DNA of 64,000 bases from the NCBI GenBank assembly GCA_963726265.1, contig CAVSBQ010000002.1, forward strand, positions 992,001 through 1,056,000, read 5' to 3'. Origin of the DNA: Candidatus Aenigmatarchaeota archaeon (GTDB lineage: Archaea; Aenigmatarchaeota; Aenigmatarchaeia; QMZP01; QMZT01). Position numbers and translations under genes: made by a program. The notes beneath the pieces are model-generated. The model ran no database searches. It had not been told where the DNA came from and saw only the letters and a list, made by a program, of their open reading frames with translations. Within the stretch, counting starts at the first letter, position 1. Each line of letters opens with the position of its first letter. This document shows positions 48,823 through 58,163 of the stretch, piece by piece.

Positions 48823-49279
48823 ATGAAGATTGCTATAGGTTCCGATCATGCAGGCTTTGAGCTGAAGGAAAAGCTCAAGGAATTTCTTACAGTCGAACGG
48901 CTACCACTTCGAGGACTTCGGCACGAATTCGACGGATGCGACTGACTACCCGGAATACGCGAAGAAGGTCGCGGAAGCCGTGCTTGGCGGATTCGAGTTC
49001 GGGATTCTCATATGCGGCTCCGGGATCGGGATGAGCATCGCCGCGAACAAGTTCCCCGGCATCCGCGCTGCGTTCTGCATGAACCACGACCTTGCGAAGG
49101 CTAGCCGCGAGCACAACAACGCGAACGTCCTGACGCTCGGCGCGAGGTTCACGACCGACCTGGAAGCTAAGAAGATAGTGAAGGCGTTCTTGGAGACGAA
49201 ATTCAGCGGGGAAGAGCGCCACATAAACCGGCTGAAGAAGCTCGCGGAAATCGAGACGATTTTCCAGGCGAGGAAATAG
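48823..49279 (+). pseudogene. rpiB: Ribose-5-phosphate isomerase B with an apparent +1 frameshift near 48889
   Basis: MKIAIGSDHAG from ATG 48823. Removing one base restores ...GYHFEDFG...DYP...CGSGIG...HNNAN. Confidence 0.9.
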
Positions 49280-49347
49280 CGGGCACCAGCCGCAGAAGAT
49301 AGCTTTTTATAGTATGATTAAATAATACTTGGTATGAAGGTGGCGGC

Positions 49348-50190
49348 ATGAAAGAGAGAATAACGCTCACGATAGACAGGAAAATTCTGAACAGGCTCGA
49401 CACGATGGTCGATGGCCTTGACGTCCGCAACCGTTCGCATGCGATAGAGCTCGTGCTTTCGAAATACCTCAGCATGCGCGAGTTGAAGACCGCGCTGATT
49501 CTGTGCGGCGGCGAGGGCACGCGGCTGCGACCGATAACCTACGAGATTCCCAAGACGCTCGTCCCCATACAGGGCAGGCCGCTCATAGAGCACATGTTCG
49601 ACCTGCTCAGGAAATACGGCGTAAGCGACGTCATTCTCTCCGTAGGGTATCTCAAGGAAAAGATAATCGCCAAGAAGGGCAACTGGTCGAACCTGGGCAT
49701 GGACATCTCCTTCGTCGAGGAGTCGCTTCCCCTGGGCACGGGCGGGCCGCTCAGGCTCGCGAAGGAGCGGCTTAACAAGACGTTCATCGTTTCGAATGGC
49801 GACGAGCTCATGGACATCAACATAGCGCAGATGTACGAGGCGCACAAGAGGAACAGGGCGCTGGTCACCATCGCCCTGACGACGATAGAGGACCCGACCC
49901 AGTACGGAGTCGCGCGCCTCGAGGGCGGCAAGATAATCGAGTTCGTCGAGAAGCCAAGCAAAGGCAGGGCGCCCTCGAACCTCATAAACGCCGGCTTCTA
50001 CATAATGGAGCCGGAGGTCGTCGAGATGATACCCAAAGGCGCATGCTCGCTAGAGAACGAGATCTTTCCCAAGCTCGCGAAGATGGGCAGGCTGTTCGGC
50101 TTCCCGTTCGCCGGCCAGTGGTTCGACGCGGGCACGCTGGAGCGCTACGACAAGGCGCTGAAGGGCTGGAAGGGCGTCAGGACGGATTAA
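49348..50190 (+). CDS. RHH domain fused to a sugar-phosphate nucleotidyltransferase
   Basis: N-terminal ERITLTID...NRSHAIE, then LCGGEGTRLRP..PK and EKP motifs. Confidence 0.88.
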   Translation: MKERITLTIDRKILNRLDTMVDGLDVRNRSHAIELVLSKYLSMRELKTALILCGGEGTRLRPITYEIPKTLVPIQGRPLIEHMFDLLRKYGVSDVILSVGYLKEKIIAKKGNWSNLGMDISFVEESLPLGTGGPLRLAKERLNKTFIVSNGDELMDINIAQMYEAHKRNRALVTIALTTIEDPTQYGVARLEGGKIIEFVEKPSKGRAPSNLINAGFYIMEPEVVEMIPKGACSLENEIFPKLAKMGRLFGFPFAGQWFDAGTLERYDKALKGWKGVRTD

Positions 50191-50211
50191 AAAACAGTCT
50201 ATAACCATATC

Positions 50212-50577
50212 TTATTTGCTATATTTTTCAATTTCCTCTTCGACAAGTTTTAAACGATTTTTTGCAATTCTGAGATGCCTTTTAAAATTATCCATAAGTT
50301 CGATTGCACGTTTCTCTCCAAAGTCATGTTGCTTTAGCAGGTCAATGGCGGTCGTGCAGCTTTCGATATAATGAAGAGCATATATTTCACAATCATCTAT
50401 TTCATCTTCAACATAGCATTTTTTACTCACTGTTAATTTTCCCGAAGATATCCATTTTATGTCTATGGTTATCTGGCCTGGCGGAGGGTTGCTTTCTAAG
50501 CGGGCTCTAAGTTCTTCGAACCTTCTTTCGAAATAACTCTTTACGACGTCCATGTTGATGTTTCTGTATTTTTCCAT
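50212..50577 (-). CDS. Hypothetical protein (AT-rich solo gene)
   Basis: 121-aa ORF with an upstream TTTAAA. Confidence 0.55.
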   Translation of the reverse strand: MEKYRNINMDVVKSYFERRFEELRARLESNPPPGQITIDIKWISSGKLTVSKKCYVEDEIDDCEIYALHYIESCTTAIDLLKQHDFGEKRAIELMDNFKRHLRIAKNRLKLVEEEIEKYSK

Positions 50578-50740
50578 AAAGCAGATTTGGAGCTAAAATT
50601 TAAATATACTACTTTTAAGTAGAATATGATTAAAACTCATAATTTCAAAACCCAGAATCGAAAAGAGGCACATATTTAAACCAATATCATTATATATAAG
50701 GAATATAATACGGATGACAGCGTGATTTCAGAGTGATATT

Positions 50741-51265
50741 ATGGGCATAAGACCTGCGAAGTGCTACAGGAAGCTTGAGAGGCCGAATACGCGAATCTCG
50801 ATATCCAAGCCGAAGAAAGGGTATGTGAAAGGTGTTCCGCCGTCGAAGATACACAGGTTCGACGCGGGCGTCAACAAGCCCGAGTTCACGTTGAGCATGT
50901 TCCTTGTCGCCAAGAACGCGGTCCAGATCAGGAGCAACGCGCTTGAGGCCATGAGGCTGGCTGCTTCCAAGACGATGGAAAAGCCGCTCGGGCCGGACGG
51001 CTATTTCGTCAGGCTGCTCATTTTCCCGCACCACGTCCTCAGGGAGAATCCTCTAGCGACGGGAGCAGGAGCGGACAGGTTCCAGACGGGCATGCGCCAA
51101 TCGTTTGGCAGGCCCATAGGGACCGCGGCGCGCATAACGAAAAACCAGCGGATTCTCGAGGCGAGGATTGCGCCGGCGAACGAAATGGCATGCAGGAAGG
51201 CGCTGAAAGTCGCTTCTTCGAAGGTGCCTAGTCCATGCTACGTAGTCCGGGTAGAAAGGAAATAA
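50741..51265 (+). CDS. rpl10e: 50S ribosomal protein uL16 (L10e)
   Basis: RPAKCYR, NALEA, PHHVLREN..ATGAGADR..GMR..FG motifs. Confidence 0.96.
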   Translation: MGIRPAKCYRKLERPNTRISISKPKKGYVKGVPPSKIHRFDAGVNKPEFTLSMFLVAKNAVQIRSNALEAMRLAASKTMEKPLGPDGYFVRLLIFPHHVLRENPLATGAGADRFQTGMRQSFGRPIGTAARITKNQRILEARIAPANEMACRKALKVASSKVPSPCYVVRVERK

Positions 51266-51315
51266 AAATAAAAAAGGGAAACGTTACCGTTTCCCCGTTC
51301 AACGCTTTTTCTAAC

Positions 51316-51579
51316 CTATCTTATTAGGCCAGCAAACACTGCCCAAAGCACCCCGACCAATAAGAAGAGCCACCCGAGAAATTCGAACAGGTATAAACCG
51401 TAGATTCCGACTCCTCCTGCCAGTGCGAGGAAGCTAGCGTTGAACGCCAACGCCAACAAGAAGAAAATCCCCGCGGCTGCGATAAAGTTAAACTGTCTCT
51501 CTGCTTTAGTGCGGATTTTTGCGTATTCTGCGAATACTGGTGCGAGCAATGTCGCAATGGCGAACCATACGTCTACCAT
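51316..51579 (-). CDS. Small three-TM membrane protein
   Basis: Hydrophobic 87-aa ORF; GGGGTG Shine-Dalgarno. Confidence 0.7.
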   Translation of the reverse strand: MVDVWFAIATLLAPVFAEYAKIRTKAERQFNFIAAAGIFFLLALAFNASFLALAGGVGIYGLYLFEFLGWLFLLVGVLWAVFAGLIR

Positions 51580-51667
51580 ATTGACACCCCTTAATTAAAT
51601 ATTTGCCGCCGACCCCCATATAAATGTTAGCCCGGGCCCAAAGCGGCCCTGGGCCGGCCGGAACGGC

Positions 51668-52486
51668 TCAGAAATATACTTCTATGCCCGCGGCGATAGC
51701 GATGAACATCGCCCCAAGGAGGATTATCTTGAGCGAGTCGAAGAATATGATCTTCAGTATTTCGGAGCTCCTGCATCTCAATATCGCCGCGGATATGAGG
51801 CTGCCCGCGAGGCCTGCGCAGAGGTAGCCCACGACCTCGGGTATGCCGTGCGGCAGGAAGGTGAGCGAGACTATGGGTATCTCGTAAACCGTCTTGGAGA
51901 GCTCGCCTATGCACACGCCCAGTATCGAGGCGTTCCAGACGATTATGAAGACCGCGCCGGCGCTGAACAGCAGAGCGAATATGAAGGCGAATATCATGAC
52001 CTCGAGGTTGTTCGAAAGGACTGCCATGAAGGACGTAAACGTCCCCTTGGTTATGCTGCCCGTTATGCTCCCCGAAACGGCGGAGCGTATGTCGAGTATC
52101 TTCACCAGCTGCACCTGGAAGAAGTCCTCGGGCAGGACGAAAGACCAGACGGCGAAGGCCGCGGTCACGCCGAGGAAGTAGAACAGGAACATCAGGATAT
52201 CCTTCTCATGGCGCCTGAAGAAGTCCTTCTGGTAATGTCGCCTGCATTCTTCTTCCTCGATTTCCTCCTCCTTGTTCACGACCACGGTGAGGAAATAGAC
52301 GGACGGGATTATGGTGAAGATGACGGCGAACATGCCGGTGAGGTTGAACGAGACGTTGGAGATGGTCACCTTGTAGAAGAGCTGCGTCGAAAGCAGGATG
52401 CCGACGGTCGAAATAAGCAGCGCCCAGATGAACGTCAGGTAAGGCGATTTGTCGACCTCCCTGAAGTCGAGGATGGATTCGAGCAT
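51668..52486 (-). CDS. SpoIIM/DUF95 membrane protein
   Basis: NNLEV, WNASILG, LPHGIPE and AAGIE motifs. Confidence 0.88.
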   Translation of the reverse strand: MLESILDFREVDKSPYLTFIWALLISTVGILLSTQLFYKVTISNVSFNLTGMFAVIFTIIPSVYFLTVVVNKEEEIEEEECRRHYQKDFFRRHEKDILMFLFYFLGVTAAFAVWSFVLPEDFFQVQLVKILDIRSAVSGSITGSITKGTFTSFMAVLSNNLEVMIFAFIFALLFSAGAVFIIVWNASILGVCIGELSKTVYEIPIVSLTFLPHGIPEVVGYLCAGLAGSLISAAILRCRSSEILKIIFFDSLKIILLGAMFIAIAAGIEVYF

Positions 52487-52586
52487 ATTAATTTATTGTC
52501 GGCGGGCTCTTTTATATCCCAGCCGGCTGGCTGCATCCCCCGGCTTTCTCAAAGTGTTTTAAGCCGGGAAGGACCAATTATAAAAC

Positions 52587-53291
52587 ATGAAGTTCGGTTC
52601 TCTGAGCCTCAAGATTCACGGCAAACCAAAGAACCCGGAAACGAATCCGGAAACCCCGGCGAAGACCGAGGGCAAGAAGAGAAAGCCCAAGAAATACGTC
52701 GAGGACATAAGGTCGGTTGCCGACATATTCAAGGAGCTGAAGGCGGAAAAAGCGAAGGAGAGGTTCGCAGTCCTGTGCGTGGGCAACGACATGAAGGGCG
52801 ACGACGGGGTGGGCTTTTACGCCGGCGACCTGCTGAGCAGGGAGCTTGGCAAGGACGCGGATTTCATGGTGCTCAGGACGTCCGTCCCGGAAAACCACGT
52901 CAGGGAGATAAGGGACTTCGTCCCCACGCTGCTCATAATAATCGACTGCGCGGACTTCGGGAAAAGGCCGGGCAGCATCAGGGTCATAAAGGAATACCAG
53001 ATAAGCGACACGTTCATCTCGACCCACACGACCCCGCTCACGCTTTTTCTGCGCCTCTACCAGGCAGACGAGCCTGTCAGGAAAGCGGTCATCCTGATAG
53101 GCATACAGAAGAAGAGCAACGAGTTCGGCCAGCCCATGAGCGCGCCGGTGAAGAAGGCCGGGAAAAGGGTCGCGGATACGATAATAACGCTATACGGTGA
53201 TGGCCTGCTGGGCATTTCGCTCGAGAAGGAGATCGCCTATCTCTCGAACCCCATCAGGAATTTCCTCAGGTTTTTCAGAAGGAAAAAATGA
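52587..53291 (+). CDS. hycI: Hydrogenase maturation protease (HycI-like)
   Basis: VGNDMKGDDGVG, VPEN, IDCAD and STH motifs. Confidence 0.88.
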   Translation: MKFGSLSLKIHGKPKNPETNPETPAKTEGKKRKPKKYVEDIRSVADIFKELKAEKAKERFAVLCVGNDMKGDDGVGFYAGDLLSRELGKDADFMVLRTSVPENHVREIRDFVPTLLIIIDCADFGKRPGSIRVIKEYQISDTFISTHTTPLTLFLRLYQADEPVRKAVILIGIQKKSNEFGQPMSAPVKKAGKRVADTIITLYGDGLLGISLEKEIAYLSNPIRNFLRFFRRKK

Positions 53292-53313
53292 AGGCAGAAA
53301 ACAGAAAAATGGA

Positions 53314-53652
53314 TTATTTTTTGTGATGCTCGGCGAACTTATGCCTGTCATGCGCGGCGAGCTCGAACCTGTCCGAGTTGTTCACTGACTTCGGCTTTGT
53401 GGGGCACACGTCATGGCAGCGTCCGCAGAAGATGCACTTGCCTATGTCTATGGACCAGCTCTCCTCCACCTTGTTTATCGCTATCGCGTTGGTCGGGCAG
53501 CTTATGGCGCAGAGCATGCAGAAGGTGCACGTTTCCCTGTTCCATTCGACCTTGCCGCGGAAGCCTGGCGGAAGCAGCGGTCGCGTCTTGGGATAGCGCC
53601 TCGTCGACGGTCTCGAAAAAAGCCTTTTCACAGCCTCAGGCATCAGCTTCAT
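53314..53652 (-). CDS. 2x[4Fe-4S] subunit, NuoI/EchF/MbhN-like
   Basis: CTFCMLCAISCP and CIFCGRCHDVCP; T..YP and FRG motifs. Confidence 0.9.
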   Translation of the reverse strand: MKLMPEAVKRLFSRPSTRRYPKTRPLLPPGFRGKVEWNRETCTFCMLCAISCPTNAIAINKVEESWSIDIGKCIFCGRCHDVCPTKPKSVNNSDRFELAAHDRHKFAEHHKK

Positions 53653-53685
53653 TACATCACCACGTTTCCGATATCATTCCAGCAC

Positions 53686-54597
53686 TCAATACATTCCTAT
53701 CATCACGCGCACCAGGTCTATCAGCGCGAGCGGCGCGATCACGAACCAGTAAAGCCTCAGTGCCTGCGCGATCCTCATCCTGGCGAAAATCACCCTGAAA
53801 AGCGCGAACAGCATGAGGATTGCGAACGAGTAGACGGCGAAAGACAAGACGCCGTCCGCGCCCATGAACATGACCGCCCCGAGCGATATGAGCACCCAGA
53901 AGCTCGCCGCCCTTGCCAGCTCGAACAGCGCGAGCCTCGGCCCGCTATACTCCGTCGTGGGGCCTGCGACTATCTCCTGCTCAGCATCCGGGATGTGGAA
54001 CGGAGGAAGAGCAAGCTTGCCCAGCGCGCCGAGCATAAAGGCGGCGAAGGTGAACGGGAAGGCTAGCGCGGAAAACGGGGCTATCTGGAAACCGGTGAGC
54101 AGGCCTAGCGTGACCAGCGAGATTATGAACGGGAACTCGTAGGCGAAGAGCTGCGTCACCTCCCTTATGCTCCCGACGGATGCGAATGGGTTTCCTGCAG
54201 CGAAGCCCGAGATGGCGAAGAACGCGGACGCCGTGACGAGGAAGTATATCACCACGAACAGGCTTCCCGGGAAAGTGACGAGCTGGAAGCCGACTATCGG
54301 TATGAACATCGCGACAGTGAGCATCGCCGCGAACGACACGATGGGACAAAGGGTGGCCAGCATGCCGACCGCGTCTTTGGTCGTGATGTTCTCCTTTGAC
54401 ATGAGCTTGAAGAAGTCGAGGAACGGCTGGCGGATTGGCGGCCCCACGCGGTGATGCATGCGCGCCGCGACCTTGCGCAGCACGCCCATGTAGAAAAATC
54501 CGATTATGAAAGCCGCAGCGAAACCGGGGAATACGAGGGTCTGGAAAAGAATCTGCGCAAGCTGTCCGCTCGCGAACGTGAGCGCTTCAATGGCCAT
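53686..54597 (-). CDS. Membrane subunit, NuoH/EchB/MbhM-like
   Basis: RKVAARMHHRVGPP, DFFKL..KE and PF...AEQEIVAG..TEYSG motifs. Confidence 0.92.
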   Translation of the reverse strand: MAIEALTFASGQLAQILFQTLVFPGFAAAFIIGFFYMGVLRKVAARMHHRVGPPIRQPFLDFFKLMSKENITTKDAVGMLATLCPIVSFAAMLTVAMFIPIVGFQLVTFPGSLFVVIYFLVTASAFFAISGFAAGNPFASVGSIREVTQLFAYEFPFIISLVTLGLLTGFQIAPFSALAFPFTFAAFMLGALGKLALPPFHIPDAEQEIVAGPTTEYSGPRLALFELARAASFWVLISLGAVMFMGADGVLSFAVYSFAILMLFALFRVIFARMRIAQALRLYWFVIAPLALIDLVRVMIGMY

Positions 54598-55768
54598 GAT
54601 GACCTCCGCCTCTCATGTGCTGGATTTCGTGCTTTGTCATTATCCTTTCCTTGCGGGTTTTCTCGTCGACGACAGTCACCCTGTCCGTGCACGAAAGGCA
54701 CGGGTCGAGCGACGCGATTATCACAGGAACGTCCGCTATCTCATACCCCTTCAGGACGTCGTCCAGGATGTGGAAGGTCTGGTAGGTGGGCGTGCGTATC
54801 TTGACCCTGTCCGGCTTTTCACCTGCCGACTTGAGATAATAAAAGAGTTCGCCCCTCGGCGCTTCCACGCGCGAAACGGTTTCGAGGCCTTCCTTAATAT
54901 TTATCGCAGGCGGAAGTCTGAGTGTGATGTCGCCTTTCACTTTCTCCATCTGGTAAATAGAGTCGCGTATCATGCGCGAAGATTCCAGGCATTCCCTGAG
55001 GCGAAGGAGGCAGCGCTCCATGGCGTCGCCGCCCTGGCCAGTGACGGCCTTGAACTTCAGGTTTTTGTAGGCGAAGTAGCCAGTCTCCCTGACATCGTAA
55101 TCAAGCCCTGACGCGCGCAGGTTCGGGCCGACCGGGCTCAGCTCCTTCGCTTTCCGCGTGGAAAGGTAGCCGACGTGGCGGGTCCTGTTCCTGACAGAGG
55201 AGTCGTCCCTGAAGACGCCGAGATAATGCCTTATCCTTTCGTCGAGTCTGTCCAGCGCTTTCAAAGTCTTCGCGGCGTTCTCGAGGCTTATGTCCTGCCT
55301 GACGCCGCCTATCACGTTCATCACGAAGTGGACGCGGTTGCCCGTGAGCAGTTCCTGGCAGTCCATGACCAGCTCGCGGTCGCGGAACATGTAGTGAAAA
55401 AGAGTGTCGAGACCCATCTCCCACGCGACGAGGCCGAGGCAGAGCATGTGCGAGTGCAGGCGCTCGAGCTCGCCGATTATGACGCGGATATATTGCGCGC
55501 GCTCCGGGATTTCGGCTCCCATCAGGCTCTCGATGCCCTGGCAGTAGCATGACGTGTGGTAATGGCCGCAGATGCCGCACACGCGCTCGCTCAGGTAAAC
55601 TCCTTTCGCCCAAGGACGCGCTTCGAACGACTTCTCGATGCCCTTGTGGTTGTATCCCAGGACGAGCTCCGAGCCGACGATTGTTTCCCCGTCGACCCGG
55701 AGCTTTATGTGCACCGGCTCTGCGAGCGCCGGGTGCTGCGGGCCGAAAGGCAGGACGTAATCGTGCAT
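54587..55768 (-). CDS. Group 4 [NiFe]-hydrogenase large subunit
   Basis: GPQHP, L1 motif ERVCGIC, EAPRGE, L2 motif DPCLSCTDR with a C-terminal extension. Confidence 0.93.
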   Translation of the reverse strand: MHDYVLPFGPQHPALAEPVHIKLRVDGETIVGSELVLGYNHKGIEKSFEARPWAKGVYLSERVCGICGHYHTSCYCQGIESLMGAEIPERAQYIRVIIGELERLHSHMLCLGLVAWEMGLDTLFHYMFRDRELVMDCQELLTGNRVHFVMNVIGGVRQDISLENAAKTLKALDRLDERIRHYLGVFRDDSSVRNRTRHVGYLSTRKAKELSPVGPNLRASGLDYDVRETGYFAYKNLKFKAVTGQGGDAMERCLLRLRECLESSRMIRDSIYQMEKVKGDITLRLPPAINIKEGLETVSRVEAPRGELFYYLKSAGEKPDRVKIRTPTYQTFHILDDVLKGYEIADVPVIIASLDPCLSCTDRVTVVDEKTRKERIMTKHEIQHMRGGGHHGH

Positions 55769-55800
55769 ATAATTAATTCAACGCCTGATTATAAGTATTT

Positions 55801-55895
55801 TTTACAATTGCAAAAAAATGCGAGCAATCGTCAATTGTAAAATTGCAAATTTACAGATATGACAAATGCGAAAAATCAATTGTAAATTTACAATT
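55801..55895. promoter_or_regulatory. Cluster of AATTGTAAA/TTTACAATT half-sites upstream of the hydrogenase operon
   Basis: Perfect palindrome at 55878-55895, imperfect copy at 55841-55855, and inverted pair 55801-55810 / 55832-55841. Confidence 0.65.
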
Positions 55896-55968
55896 ATGAA
55901 AAATCAAGAAATATTAAGAAAGGTAAAAATAATAAAAAGGCTGAAAGGAAAACCGGGAATGTCCTGTC

Positions 55969-56292
55969 TCACGCCACGTTCGAGCCGACCTCAGCGTCTG
56001 GGTCGACCGTGACCAGCTTGATGTCGTCGTTCTTGACGGCAGCGAGCAGCATCCCTTCCGAGGTCACGCCTTTTATGGTCGCCGGCCTAAGGTTAGTGAC
56101 AACGATTATCTTCTTGCCCGGCAGCTTTGCCTTCTTGTAGCTGTTTTTTAGCCCCGCCACCAGCGTTATCTGCCTGCCGCCGATGTCGACCTCAAGCTTG
56201 TATAAGTTGTCAGAGCCCGCGATGTCGTCCACCCTCAATATCTCCCCGACCTTCATCTCTATCTTCTCAAAATCCTTCATCTCTATGGCCAT
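55969..56292 (-). CDS. tRNA-binding protein (MetRS C-terminal/Trbp111/CsaA OB fold)
   Basis: DF.K.EMKVGEI, LVAGL and NLRPATIKGVTSEGMLLA motifs. Confidence 0.9.
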   Translation of the reverse strand: MAIEMKDFEKIEMKVGEILRVDDIAGSDNLYKLEVDIGGRQITLVAGLKNSYKKAKLPGKKIIVVTNLRPATIKGVTSEGMLLAAVKNDDIKLVTVDPDAEVGSNVA

Positions 56293-56341
56293 GATAATCA
56301 CCTTATAATAGGTTTTTCGGTTCCTGCTTTAAATTGTTTGT

Positions 56342-58000
56342 TCACATGCGGTATTGTTTCAGTTTCTGGCCTATTACGGCTCCGCCCAGGTTTGAGTATT
56401 TGCTTGGAACGGATACGCAGGGCACTTCCACCCAGACGCCGTTCCCCTTTACATACATCGTGGTAATCTCAGGTGAGAAGAGGGCACCGGCGTATTCGTT
56501 TTTCCAATGACCTCGCTGCGCCCATTCCCGTTCAACGGTGCTGCATTCTTTGATCGCCCCTACCGTTACCGCATGAACCGGGCGGCCGTTTTTTCCGGTT
56601 CCTATAATTCTTTCGTCAAATACATGGTTATGGCCTATCAGTGTCGCATAGAAGTCATTTTCCAGAAGCATTTCTGTTATTTCCGGCTGCTCCACGCTCG
56701 ACGGGTTTACGCCATTCCTCTTGTAATCGTCTCTGGTGAAAAGCGGACCCAGGCCGTTCTCGAAGGGATTTCCATACGAATTCCAGCCACCGAGGACGTT
56801 ATGCTGGCCGGCCATTTTAATCGGGGCTTCGCTTTTCTCGATGTCGCCTTTAAAACGCGTTTTCTGTGGTCCTCCAAGGCGGTTGTCCTGCGGCCTTAAT
56901 GTGCCTGAATTTTTTATGACATCCAGAATGTATATCTCCATCTTTCCGTTGGCAAGTGGGACAACAAAATAATTCTCTCTCTGGGGCATGAAAGAGTCAC
57001 CCATCGCCCGGCCCCAGATTTCTTCTCTTGCGCTGGTCACATAATTGTGGTAAGGATTCGATGCCATGTTCTCCCCGTCGTGGTTTCCGGAAGCATGCAC
57101 AATTGGCACAAGAGGCGTAAGCACGCCCCAGTATCTCCTGTGCCTGCCCCACAATTTTTTCGCGTTGCCAGAATAATCCTTTTCCGGAAGGACTTGGCGT
57201 TTGAATGCCCAGTCTTCAAAACCTATCTCATCGCCAAGCTGAACTATCAGATCAGGATGTTTATTCTTTACTATGTATGCCTCGGTGTTGGCAACGTTAA
57301 AGGCGTTTGTGAGAAAAGTTATACGTCTAGCCTCTTCTTTGCTAGCGTTGCTATACCATTCCGGGTTTCTTATGGCCCGCAAGAAGAAATCAACTTCATA
57401 ATCGCCTTTCAGTGCGCTTTCAGGCGAGGAGACACCTTTGCGTATGGGGTCAACCTCGTTTGGGGCATCCATGTAAACGTGCGTGTCGCTCAACCAGTGA
57501 ATAATCGGGTTTGGGTTGTATGCTGAGTTTTTGAAGGCCCGCACAGGCGAGAGCGGCTTGCCGTCGCAAAAGACCTGGTAGAAGACCCTCTCCCCGAAAT
57601 CATTCAGCGGCACCTTTATATTCAGGTTGCCTTCGACTCCGGCAAAGGTCCTAGCTTTGAGATTTGAGGGCGTTTTGCCCACGGCTATTCTTATGTCAGA
57701 CCTTTCATTTGTCCTCACGTTGATGATGGCGGACAAAGTGCTGTAATCTCCGGCTTGAGCCCTTTCGATGCTGATTTTTTCCGTAAAAATTTTCCGGTTG
57801 GATGGCGAGACATACTCTCCATTTATTCCCCATCCTTCCGTCCATTCGGTGATGTGGTCCTGGAGGTTCCATTCCCGGTCTTCGCCGCTGGTGAATGGCG
57901 TCTGTCCGAACAGATGTTCTCCGTACAGGGCGCCTAAAGCCACGGCGGCGCTTCCTTTAAGGAAATCCCTTCTTTTCATCGATGGTCCCTCACCTAACAT
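56342..58000 (-). CDS. Tat-exported metallophosphoesterase
   Basis: KRRDFLK Tat motif; SDTH, LGD, GNHD and GHNH motifs. Confidence 0.85.
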   Translation of the reverse strand: MLGEGPSMKRRDFLKGSAAVALGALYGEHLFGQTPFTSGEDREWNLQDHITEWTEGWGINGEYVSPSNRKIFTEKISIERAQAGDYSTLSAIINVRTNERSDIRIAVGKTPSNLKARTFAGVEGNLNIKVPLNDFGERVFYQVFCDGKPLSPVRAFKNSAYNPNPIIHWLSDTHVYMDAPNEVDPIRKGVSSPESALKGDYEVDFFLRAIRNPEWYSNASKEEARRITFLTNAFNVANTEAYIVKNKHPDLIVQLGDEIGFEDWAFKRQVLPEKDYSGNAKKLWGRHRRYWGVLTPLVPIVHASGNHDGENMASNPYHNYVTSAREEIWGRAMGDSFMPQRENYFVVPLANGKMEIYILDVIKNSGTLRPQDNRLGGPQKTRFKGDIEKSEAPIKMAGQHNVLGGWNSYGNPFENGLGPLFTRDDYKRNGVNPSSVEQPEITEMLLENDFYATLIGHNHVFDERIIGTGKNGRPVHAVTVGAIKECSTVEREWAQRGHWKNEYAGALFSPEITTMYVKGNGVWVEVPCVSVPSKYSNLGGAVIGQKLKQYRM

Positions 58001-58163
58001 TTTTGCCACTTTATTATTACTTTGAAAACAGCCTTTTTAAAGGTAATATTGGCCATACGAGGCTGCGGAAAGGCTGAGACGCCTTGGATAAAAAGCCGCA
58101 TGAAAAGCCATTTACAAGCCATTCACAAAACCATTTATTAAGCCCCTGCCGACAATTATAATT

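Noticed and set aside
51620..51667. GC-rich intergenic stretches here and near 41965, 52520 and 58055 as possible tRNA or ncRNA
   Set aside because: No cloverleaf, T-loop or other recognisable RNA family signature.
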